A stretch of 64,000 nt of DNA from the human T2T-CHM13v2.0 reference genome, Homo sapiens. The notes below the pieces were generated by a model that did not search any database, was not told the origin of the DNA, and saw only the letters and a program-made list of their open reading frames with translations. Positions 40,220 to 51,845 of the stretch are shown piece by piece; within the stretch, counting starts at the first letter, position 1, and each line of letters begins with the position of its first letter. Both the position numbers and the translations under genes were made by a program. The stretch lies in assembly GCF_009914755.1 (NCBI RefSeq), contig NC_060927.1, one strand, 5' to 3'.

Positions 40220-41099
40220 TAGTCATGAGCCATATGACAATGTTTTGATCAAAGATAGACCTCATATATGATGGTCCCATAAGATTATAATGGAGCTTAA
40301 AATTTTCTATCACCTAGTGAGTTTGTAACTGTCATAATGTTGTAGCACAATGCATTTGTTACTCATGTTTTTGTAGTGATGCTGGTATAAACAAACCTAT
40401 TGTGTTGCCAGTCATATAAAGTTATAGCACATAAAATTATGTAGTGCATAATAATGATAGTGGTAATAAATATGTACAGTGTTTTTTAAGGTCTACAGTA
40501 GCATACAGTAATGGCCTAGGACTTCACATTCACTCACAACCCACTCATTAACTCATGCAGAGCAATCTCCACTCCTTCAAGCTCCATTCATGGTAAATGC
40601 CCTATCCAGTGTACCATTTTTTATCCTTCACACCATATTTTTATTATATCTTTTCTATGTTTAGATTTTTTTTTTTTTTTTTTGAGACAGAGTTTTGCTC
40701 GTTGCCCAGGCTGGAGTGCAAAATGGCACAGTCTTGGCTCACTACAACCTCACCTCCCTGGTTCAAGTGATTCTCCTGCCTTAGCCTCTCCAGTAGCTGG
40801 GATTACAGGCATGCGCCACCATGCCTGGCTAATTTTGTATTTTTAGTAGAGGTGGGGTTTCACCATGTTGGTCACAAATACTTCCCATAGTGTTACGATT
40901 GTCTAAAGTATTCAGTCAAGTAACATGCTCTGTAGGTTTGTAGCCAAGGAGCAACAGGCTATATATTATATAGGCTACATGTGGAAGAGGCTATACCATT
41001 TAGGTTTATGTAAGTACACTCTCATGTTCGCACAATAATGAAATTGCCTAATGATGTATTTTTTAGAATGTATCCATGTCATCAAGTGACACATGACCG
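40220..41099 (-). mobile_element. Tigger3 (Tigger3b-like), internally deleted
   Basis: TIR-like ends (c/t)agtcatg ... catgaccg flanked by TA; internal gatggtcccataagattataatggagc. Confidence 0.85.
40666..40874 (-). mobile_element. 5'-truncated AluS inside Tigger3
   Basis: Poly-T and Alu right arm; ends at caccatgttggtca; no TSD visible. Confidence 0.9.
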
Positions 41100-43199
41100 T
41101 AATTTTCTAAAGTTTTCCTCTATATACTTTAGAACTGTATCAGAAAGTATTATACTCTTTGCTTCAATCATCAAACATAATTTAGAAAACACAACAGGAG
41201 ATGAAAATCCTATTGTAATTACCCATATTTTTGCTTGCCATGTTCATTCTTCCTTCTTGATATTCCAAGTTTCCTTCATTTGTTGTTTTCTTTTGGTTTA
41301 GAGCTTATTTTAGCCATTCTTTTAGAGTAGGTCTGCTGTTTCCAAATAATCTTAGTTTACCTTCATCTGAGAATGTCTTGATTTTTCCTGCATTCCTGAG
41401 AGATAGTTTCATTGTATATATTTTTTCTTTCAGCACTTGCAAGTGTTGTGCCAATTCCTCCTGACTTCCTGTTCCGATGAGAACTCTGTCATTCTAATAG
41501 TTTTCTTTTGTAGATAATGTATCATTTTTCTCAAGTTGCTTCAAAGATTTATTATTTTTTAAAAAAATTTTAAGATGATTGATTATAATGTGCTCTGGCA
41601 TAGATTTTTAAATTTATTTTTAGTTTATCCTGCTTAGGGTTTGCTCAGTTTCTTGAGTCTTTGGAGGTTTGTCTCTTGCTAACTTTGGCAAGTTTTCAGC
41701 TGTTGTTTCTCTGAGTGCTTATTTATTCTTTCTCTTTCTTCACCTCTCCTTCCAATGAAATCAATGTCAGATTTTTTGTGATAGTCCCAGAAGGCCCTGA
41801 GAATTTGTTCATTTTGGGTTTAGTCCTTTTTCACTGTTTTATTCAGATTGGATAATTTTTGTTGTTTTATCTTTACTGATTTTTCTTCTGTCCCTTCCAT
41901 TCTGATGTTGAGCCCATTCATTGAGCTTTTTATTTTCTGTATTGTATTTTGGAGGTCTAAAATTTGCTTTTAGTTTTAAAATATCTTTGATTTGATTTTT
42001 AATTTATTGCCTAAGAGCTCTATGTTTTCATTTGTTTCAAGCATATTTGTAATTGTTTGATGAAGCGTTTTTATGATGGGCTGTCTTAAAAATCTTTGTT
42101 AGGAAATCGTAATGTCTTTGTCATCTTGGTGTTGAAATCTATGGATTTTCTTTTTCTTAATTCAATTTAAGCCCTCCTTGGGTTTTGGATGGTGAATCAA
42201 TAAATTTTTGAAATTCTGGGCACTTTTGTTTATTTTATGAGACTGTGAATCTTGTTTAAACCTTCTGCTTTAGCTTGCTTTTTCTGAAACTACTCTGACA
42301 GGGGAAAGAGAAGGGATAGCCTTGCTACTTCCAGGTGGAGATAGGCATCAAGGTTCCACAGTCAGTCTCTGTTGATACCTGTGATAGAGACTTCTGATTG
42401 TTGATGAGTGGGAGTGTAAGTCTGGCTCCCACATGCTGTCCACTGACATTGCAATGGGGAATGGCCTCATTACTGCTGAGCAATAATGAACATCTTGACT
42501 CTTCCTGAGGCCTTCTCTGATACCACCCCAGTGGGGAGGTGGAAAGACACCTCATTATTGCCTGGTGGAGATGAATGTTCAGGCCCTCCACTTGGCATTA
42601 TATGACACCACCCTGCCAGAGATGTTGTAGTACCTCCTTGTAGTCTTGGAAGGGTAAAAGTTTAAGCTCTCCATTTGACCTTTGATAGTATGGGTGCGGT
42701 TGGAGCCACATTTTGTTTTTTTCTGTGGTATTTGGCTATAGGGGTGAAGATGGTGTTTAAAATTTTCTGGCTTGTTAGGCTGTGCTTTCCTGGTCCTTTG
42801 GCTAGAGAGAGCAGAGTTTTAGGGGGCTTAACTGTTGAGTTCTTCACCACCAAGTCTGGTATATATGAAGCAAAAAGAACAGCCAAGGAACTTACTACTG
42901 TGTTATTTTTCAGGTCTCTAGGTTCCAAACAGTCAGTTTGTCTTCATGGAGTAAGTGTTGGTTGGGTAAGGTGCTTTAGCTTTGGTTCTGGATGGGCACA
43001 GTAGTGTAGTGTTCTCATGAGATCTTAGGCTGTAATCAATGTCAGTGGTGTCTGTTAATTCCTTATTGGCTTATGCTGCAGTTGTCTGTGGAGGGTGTGA
43101 TACAACTATGGTGGATATAGGGACTTTCATGGGTCAGTCCTCAGGCCTCAAGAGGAGGGAGAGTATGCAAACACTGATGGTGGCAGTGATAGACCTCAG

Positions 43200-45050
43200 G
43201 CAGGCCTATGAACAATCTCTTCATAGATATGTACAAGAATTTTTCTAGATCTGTTCTGTCCAATGTGGTAACCACTAGCACATGGCAATATTAAGATTAA
43301 AATCAAAGTGAATTAAAATAAAATATGTCCTTATTCACAGTAGCCACATTTCAAGTGTTCAGTAACCATACATGGCAAATGGTTACCACATTAGAAAATG
43401 AGGTTATAAAATACTTTCTTCATCATCAAATGTCTATTGGGTAGCCCTGGCTTAGAGTACATATTTAGGAGCAGAGTTACTGGTTTGAAGAGTATGAGCT
43501 TCATTACCTTTATTAGAAAATGATAAGATGTTTTCCAAAGTAGTTGTATTGATTTATACTTCCATTAGTAGTTGATAAGAATTCTTATTGTTTCACATTT
43601 GTGTTAAGAAATTTTGTCATATTGATGGGTAGGAAAATGAAAAGGTACCATTTTCTCATTAACTAAAGAAAGTGGATATCTTTTTATGTGTTTATTGACC
43701 ATTATAAAAGAGGCTGTTTAAATCTTTCACCCATTTTTCCATTGAGATGTTTATTCTTTTCTTATTAATTCATAGGGGTTTTAAAAGTATATTACACACT
43801 AATCTTTTGTCTATTAAATGTACTACAAATGCCTTCTTCACTTTGTAGCTGTCATTTTTCTATGGTGTTTCTTAGTCAGAATAGAACAGACTAAACTGGG
43901 ATAACACATGAATCTCAATTCTTAGTGAAATAATGAAGTCTGATGTTAGTAGCTGTGCCTTATAAAACACATGGCCTTCACAGTTGCTGCAGCAAGGGAA
44001 GGAGAACTAGAGAATTGCATAGGTTATTTTTAAGTGCTATGTTTGGAAGTGGCTTATGTCACTACTGTCCAAATCACATCTGGCCCCAATCTAATGCAAG
44101 GGAGGTTGGAAAGTGTAGGGAAGTACATGAGTATTTCAGAGGATTCACAGTATCTGCCACATGGTGCCATTTAAGGAATGGGCACTCTAATTTTAATGTA
44201 ATTGAACTTAATTCTCTTTCATTATGTTTTTTTCTTCTATCTTATTTAAAAAGTCCTTCCCTACTTCAAAGTCAATTTCAGAATAAAATGGAGGATTCCT
44301 TGAATGGAACGGTGAAGCCATTTTTTCTACATTGCCTCTAAACTTGCTACCCTTTTGCTGTTCAAACTTAGGTCTTTAATTCATATGAAATTGTCTTGTT
44401 TTATTTAGGGGTTCAATTGTATTGTTTTAGCACCATTTATAGAAAAACTCATGTTTCCCACTAATCTGTGAATCAAACATGCATACATTTCTGAATATGT
44501 TTCTGGATTCCAGATACTGTTCCACCGCTCTATTCATCTATTCCTGGGCTCATACCACCATATCTTAAATACTAAATATTTATAAAAACTCTTGATGTCT
44601 GGTAAGGCAAGTATCTTACCATATACTTCCTATTATGAGCTGTCTTGGCTATTATTAGTCTTTGTCCTGCTATTTGAATCACATAATCTTTTTGTCAAAC
44701 TTCAAAGTAAAGCCAACTGGTATTGAATACATAGATCAGTTTGGGAAGAATTGTTATCTTTACAATATTGAGTCTTCCTATCTATGAACAATGATAAATC
44801 TGTATATTTATTTAGCACTTATTTAATACATTTTAATAAAGTTTCAAAGGTTTGTGTTGTTAAAGTCTTGTATATGTTTAGTTAAATTGATTTGTTGGTA
44901 CTATTTAAAATGTTATTTTAAAAAAACTTACATATTTATACTGCTTATCATATGGAAATTCAGTTGGTTTTTCAGTATATTGTATGGTCTTTTCTTTGTA
45001 ATTTTTAGATTTTTTTTCCTGACTTCCACTCAATAACAAGGTATAGATAC
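43200..45050 (-). mobile_element. L1ME-like fragments with nested MER3-like (about 43250-43450) and MLT1-like (about 43870-44160) pieces
   Basis: gtagccacatttcaagtgttcagtaacc (MER3/33); ctaatgcaagggaggttggaaagtgtagg (MLT1); gatcagtttgggaagaattg (L1). Confidence 0.65.
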
Positions 45051-45387
45051 CTAATTTTATTTTTTACTCCTAGGAGGTGTAGTTTTATTTCTAGTTTGTC
45101 TGCTGAGGGTGTAAATTTTTTAGCCCCAGGTATACGTGTAGAATCTCGTATTAGATTTACTACCCTGAAAGATTTTTCTCTTGTCTTCATTCCTCATGAG
45201 ACCATGAAAAATGAAGCCCAAAGTCATTTGGGCTCAGAAGATGCCCTCAGGGTAAAAGTGAGCTTTGATCCTTGTTTATCATGTTGGGCTCTTGTTCTTC
45301 CTTAAGTCCTCTGGACAATCCTTATCTTCTTGCCAGTTTATCAATGCATTAAAATAGATGTTTATTTTTATTTGTATTTGGTTTTAG

Positions 45388-45622
45388 TATATATATACAC
45401 ACACACACATATACATACATATATACACACACACAGATACAATTTCAGCTTCTGGCAGCATAGTAGACTACATAAACTAATTGATTGATATATATATATA
45501 TGTTTGTGTGTATATATATGTATGTGTGTATATATGTGTGTGTGTATGTATATATGCACACACATATATACACATATGCATATATACACACACATATACA
45601 TACATATATATACACACACACA
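45388..45622. repeat. Compound (TA/TG/CA) alternating purine-pyrimidine tract
   Basis: Direct read. Confidence 0.92.
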
Positions 45623-46744
45623 GTTTTAAACCCCTTCAAAATCCCATATTCGTAATAATTCCAAAAAAATTCTCTATAATTATTTTTAAAGGCTGAATTT
45701 AAATGACTTGTTTCCATTGAATTACAAATCTCAGCAGCGATATTATTGTAATTCAACTTTCTTTACTGATTCATTTTTTTCCTTCTCCATTTTTCTTTCT
45801 TATTTGGCTATTAAGTCAATAAAATACTTTAAGACTTACGGTCAATAAAATTGGCTTATCCTTCTTGTTAGATGGATTGACATTTTATAACAATCTACCC
45901 AATCTCCTAACACTGTGGCCTTTATATTGCACATTCTGTGACAGTGAGAGTTAATGCTAACCTTGCTAGATCTTGCAAAATCAAGTTGTCTCTGATATAA
46001 ACTTTCCTCCCATTTCTACCAATTAATCAACAAGTGGCTTTTGAGTTTCTACCAAAAAGCTGTTACTGTGATAATGGCATACTTGTTCTGCTAGCCAAGG
46101 GGTGTTAAGCCAGATTTTCCCAAGGGTGAGAATCTGACTAAACTGATTTTGTATGATTACCCTAATCCTGCCCTTTCTTTCACAGATTCCCTACAGGAAT
46201 TTCTCAGGGAGACCAAAGGGTATAGTTAATTACTTTTGGAATCTTTTCCTCTGTGGATGGTAAAACAACACATAGAACATTGAGATAAAAATTTAAGCCC
46301 ATAAGCAAGTTGTGCCAATTGAGTTCAGGAAAATTCAAAATTAGCAGTTCACTTGGTGTTTTATCATTATAATAAATATGAAAATACTTAAAGCAATGTC
46401 CCAATTTATAAACTCCTTCTTTATTGATATAAAGAACATTGGCCCACAAAATATCATCTGTGCTATATAATCTCCCCGTTAAAGAGCTGTCCTAAATATT
46501 TTTCTATAATTACAAAAAATACAACAAATATCTCTCATAAAATTAATATTTGCCCAAATTGCTACAACACTTCTCTTTTGAGTGGTTGATAAAGTTAACT
46601 GATATATTTTTCTCTCATCACTGAAAAATATTCATGTTTCTGCACAATTAATCCTTGTTTGCTGTTGAGAGAAATTAAAATAGAGATAAGGAAGTAGAAA
46701 AAACTCATTTCAATACTCAGAAATAATTACTCAACATTTTCAAA

Positions 46745-47400
46745 AATGTTTTATTATAAAATAATTTCATAGTTATAGGAATGTTATAAGAATAATACAG
46801 AGAACTCCCATATTCCCCTCAATGATTCCATATGTATATATTCAATATTCTACCTGTATATCTATTTATTATTTTTACTTATGTATGTCATCATTTTTAT
46901 GTATTTATTTTATTATTTTATATATATACATACATACGTATCATATATATTTATATACACATAAAGGATTTGGAAAAATATGTATATACATACACACACA
47001 CATATACATATTTTTTCCTAAATCATTTGAGTGACAATTGCATCTATTATAATCCTTCACTCTGAAGTGCTTCAGGGTGTATCTCCTAAGAACAAAGTCA
47101 TTCTATTACATAACCACAACTCGATTATCAAATTTGAGAAATTAAGCATTGATATAATACTCTCATTTAAAATACAGCTGATATTCAAATTTTATCAATT
47201 GTTTCAACAATGTTCTTTATAATAATTTTCCATGATCCTGAGTTCCATCATCAGTCATGTATAAAATGTAGCCACCATGTCTTGTAGGGTTTTTTTAATC
47301 CTCAGCCTTTCTTTATCTTTCATGACATTGACATTTTTGCGGAGAACAGACCAGTTGATTTCTAGAACGCCTTTCAATTAGTTTGATATTTCTTAATTTT
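46745..47400 (-). mobile_element. L1MC-like 3' end
   Basis: aataatacagagaactcccatattccc; tatctcctaagaacaaagtcattct. Confidence 0.7.
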
Positions 47401-47742
47401 AAAAAGGCTTTAAAAAGGTTATATGAACTCACTTTCAGCTCTGCCTTCCTATTCTCTTGAGATTCTAATTTATTCTGACTTTTGGTCCCTATCATTCTTC
47501 CAAGAGTGCTTTTATTTAGGTCACTAGTGACCTTCATGTCGCAAAATTCAATGCTCAATTCTCAGTCTTTCATTCAACCTCTTAGCAGAATTTGATAGAG
47601 TTTATCTCTTCTGCTTACTTGAGAGTACCATACTGTATATGCATTCCTAGTTCTACCACACCAATTAGTTAGAAAATCATGGAGATTCTATCTACTGTGA
47701 ACTTCTATCCACTCTCTCTCATCTGTTGCTACTATTACTTCC

Positions 47743-50051
47743 TGATATGGTTTGTGTGTGTCCCCACCCAAATCTCATCTTGAATTGTAACTCCCACAAT
47801 TCCCACGAGTGGGAGGTGATTGGCTGGCTCCTCTAGTGAGAGGTGATTGAATTATGGGGGCAGGTCTCTCCTGAGCTGTTTTCATGACAGTGAATGAACC
47901 TCACAAGGTCTGATGGTTTTAGAAACGGGAATTTCCCTACACAAGCTCTCTTTTGCCTGCTGCCATCTATGTGAGCTGTGACTTGCTCCTACTTACCTTC
48001 CACCATGATTGTGAGGCCTCCCCAGCCATGTGGAACTGTAAGTCTGTTAAAACCCTTTCTTTTGTAAATTGCCCAGTCTTGGGTATGTCTTTATCAGCAG
48101 TGTAAAAAATGGACTAATACAGTAAATTGGTACCAGTAGAGTGGGGCATTGCTGAAAAGATGCCCGAAAATGTAAAAGTGACTTTGGAACTTGGTAACAG
48201 GCAGAGGTTGGAACAGTTTGGAGGGCTCAGAAGAAGACAGGAAAATGTGGGAAAGTTCGGAACTTCCTAGAGACTTGTTGAATGGGTTTGATAAAAATGC
48301 TGACAGTCATATGAACAATAAGGTCCAGGCTGAGATGGTTTCAGATGGACATGAGAAATTTGTTGGGAACTGGAGCAAAGGTGACTCTTGTTATGTTTTA
48401 GCAAAGGTACTGGTGGCATTTTGCCCCTGCCCTAGAGATGTGTGGAAATTTGAACTTGAGAGAGATGATTTAGGGTATCTGGCAGAAGAAATTTCTAAGC
48501 AGCATAGCATTCAAAATGTGACTTGGGTGCTGTTAAAGGCATTCAGTTTTATAAGGGAAGTAGAGCATAGGAGTTTGGAAAATTTGCAGCCTGACAATGT
48601 GATAGAAAAGAAAATCCCATTTTCTGAGGAGAAATTCAAGGACTGCAGAAATGTGCATAAGTAACAAGGAGCTAAATGCTAATCCTCACGACAATGGGGA
48701 AAATGGCTCCAGGGCACATCAGAGGTCTTCCTGGCAGCCCCTCCCGTCACAAGCCCAGAGGCCTAGGAAAAGAACATGGTTTTGTGGGCCAGACCCAGGG
48801 CTCCTCTGCTCTGTGCAGTCTAGAGACTGGGTGCCCTGTGTCCCAGCAACTCCAGCCATGGCTGAAAAGGGACAAGGTACAGCTTGATCCGTGGCTTCAG
48901 AAGGTGCAAGCCCAAAGCCTTGGCAGCTTCCAAGTGGCGTTGAGCCTACAGGTACACAGAAGTCAAGAACTGAGGTTTGGGAGCCTCTGCCTAGATTTCA
49001 GAGGATGTATGGAAATGCCTGGATGCCCAGGCAGAAGTTTGCTGCAGGGGTGAAGCTGTCATGGAGAACCTCTGTGGAAGGGAAATGTGGGGTTGGAGCC
49101 CCCACACAGAGTCCATACTGGGGCACCGTGTAGTAGAACTATGAGAAGAGGGCACTGTCCTCCAGAACCCAGAATGGTAGATCCACCAACAGCTTGCTCC
49201 ATGTGTCTGGAAAATCCACAGGCACTCAACACCAGCCTGTGAAAGCAGCCAGGAGGGAGGCTGTACCCTGCAAAGCCACAGGGGCGGAGCTGACCAAGAC
49301 CATGGGAACCCACCTCTTGCATCAGTGTGACCCACATGCAAGACATGGATTCAAAGGAGATCATTTTGGAGCTTTAAGATTTGACTGCCCTGCTGGATTT
49401 CAGACTTGCATGAGTCCCATAGCCCCTTAGTTTTGGCCAATTTATCCCATTTGGAACAGCTGTATTTACCCAATACCTGTACCCCCATTGTATCTAGGAT
49501 GTAAATCACTTGCTTTTGCTTTTACAGGCTCATAGGCAGAAGGGACTTGCCTTGTCTCAGATGAGATGTTGGACTGTGGATTTTTGAGTTAATGCTGAAA
49601 TGAGTTAAGACTTTGGGGGGCTGTTGGGAAAATATGATTGGTTTTGAAATGTGAAGACATGAGATTTCGGAGGGGTCAGGGGAGGAATGATGTGGTTTAG
49701 CTCTGTCCTTACCCATATCTCATCTTGAATTATAACTCCCACAATTCCCACATGTCTTGGGAGGAACCCAGTGGGAGGTGATTGAATTATCGGGGTGGGT
49801 CTTCCCTGAGCTGTTCCTTTGATAGTGAGTCTCACGAGATCTGTTGGTTTTAAGAATTGGAGTTTCCCTGCACAAACTCTCTCTTTGCCTGCTGCCATCC
49901 ATTTGAGATGTGACATGCTCCTCCTTGCCTTCTGCCATGATTTGAGACCTCCCCAGCCACGTGGAACTGTAAGTCCATTAAACCTCTTTCTTTTGTAAAT
50001 TGCCCAGTCTCAGGTATGTCTTTATCAGCAGCGTGAAAATGGACTAATACA
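47743..50051 (+). mobile_element. Full THE1 MaLR element (5'LTR 47743-48121, internal 48122-49687, 3'LTR 49688-50051)
   Basis: Two homologous LTRs with TG...CA ends, internal start gtaaattggtacc, purine tract before the 3'LTR, TSD cttcc/cctcc. Confidence 0.96.
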
Positions 50052-50294
50052 CCTCCCTAGTTTTAGATGTCAGTGAATCCCGTTTATATTTTTACCATCT
50101 AGACTTCATGTCTCTAGAAATCAGTTTTTCCTTTGTAATTCGGCTTACAGTCCTCTGTTGAAGTTACCTTTCTGAAACTTCGTTGCAAGCAATATAATGA
50201 AGTTGTAAGGAGAGTGGGTTCTGGCATAGAAAGACTTGAGTTGGAATCTTGGCTCTGTAGACCAAAAGACACTGAGTGGGAATGATGATCTACA

Positions 50295-50945
50295 TCCAGG
50301 GTTGGCAAATCTGGCTTGCTGCCTGTTTGTGTAATAAACACTGTTGGAATGTAACCACACCCATTTATTTGTGTCTTATACATGACTGCTTCCTCCTACA
50401 ACTGCAGAATTAAGTACAGTCATCTATCACTTAATGGGGGATACCTTCTGAGAAATGCATTGTTAGGCAATTTCATTATTGTTTGAACATCATAGAGTGT
50501 ACTTATGTAAACTTAGATGGGATAGTCTACTACACACCTAGGCTAGATGGTATCACTTATTGCTCCTAGGCTACAAACCTGTACAACATGTTACTGTCCT
50601 GAATACTTTAGGCAATTGTAACACAATGGGAAGTATTTGTGTATCTCAACATAGGAAAGGTACAGTAGAAATATGGTATAAAGGATAACAAATGGTATAT
50701 TTGTATAGAGCACTTACCATGAGTGGAGCTTGCAGGACTGGAAGTTGTCACTAAGGAATAGAAATTTTCCAGGTGATATCAATTTTTCAGCTCCATTATA
50801 ATATCTGAGACCACCATTGTGGTCTGTCGTTGACCTAAATGTCATTGTGTGGTGCATGGCTATAGTTGTAACAGGGATGATAGGACCCACAAAGCCTAAA
50901 TTATTTGCTAACTGGTTCTTACAAAAGAAGTTTGCAAATCCCTGA
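50295..50945 (+). mobile_element. MER58A split by Tigger3, itself inside a MIR
   Basis: cagggttggcaaa ... cccacaaagcctaaattattt...aagtttgcaaatccctg. Confidence 0.8.
50417..50862 (+). mobile_element. Tigger3 (Tigger3c-like)
   Basis: TA|cagtcat...ttctgagaaatgcattgttagg ... catggcta|TA. Confidence 0.85.
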
Positions 50946-51845
50946 TCTTTATCACAGAAGTGCCAGAAGAATTAAATATAATAATACATGAAAAGAAAAT
51001 ACCAATATACTTGACATTGTAAATGCTTAGTAATTGTGAGTGATTATCATTATCATTATGATTTTAGACTTTCAACTCACTGACCTCTGTGTTGTCAATT
51101 CACCCAATTAATCAGTGCTGTTCATTCCTATTATTCATCTTAAAGACTCACGCTCATGGCATAGTGCAAATATGGAGTTAGCATTTCATTTTTACCTATT
51201 TTGTCTTCTACCATAACCCCAGTTGTCTTCTAGATAGTTCTTCCTTAATGTCCATTCCTCAAATATCATAGGCCCTGTGATGGTTAATACTGAGTGTCAA
51301 CTTGATTGGATTGAAGGATACAAAATATTAATCCTGGGTGTGTCTGTGTGGGTGTTGCCAAAAGAGATTAACATTTGAGTCAGTGGGCTAGGGAAGGCAG
51401 ACCCACCGTTAATCTGGTGGGCACAATCTAATCAGTTTCCAGTGAATTTAAAGCGGGCAGAAAAACGTGAAGAGGAGAGACTGGTCTAGCCTCCCAGCCT
51501 ACATCTTTCTCCCATGCTTGATGCTTCCTGCCCTAAACATCAGACTCCAAGTTCTACAGTTTTGGAACTCAGACTTGCTCTCCTTGCTCCTCAGCTTGCA
51601 GACAGCCTATTGTGGGACCTTGTGATTGTGTAAGTTAATACTTAATAAACTCCCCTTTATATATATCATATTAGATCTGTCCCTCTAGAGAAGCCTGACT
51701 AATATAGATTTTGGTACCAGAAGTGGGGTTTTTGCATGCCCAGCTCCATGCCAGTGAACCAGGCTTCTTACGCATTTAAAATTTGAGAATAGGTTGAGAT
51801 CGCTTTGACCCTAAGACCTTTAATCATTTTCTTTACTGAATAAAA

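Larger units (their letters stand above)
39655..43000 (-). mobile_element. Old L1M 5' half (EN region, ORF1, 5'UTR) with nested Tigger and Alu
   Basis: gttgagagggatgttgaaatcgccaactataa; tttggcaagttttcagct; 5'UTR-like repeats at 42300-42950. Confidence 0.7.

Noticed and set aside
48191-49430. THE1 internal ORFs as a functional gene
   Set aside because: Standard MaLR internal ORF relic, broken by frameshifts.
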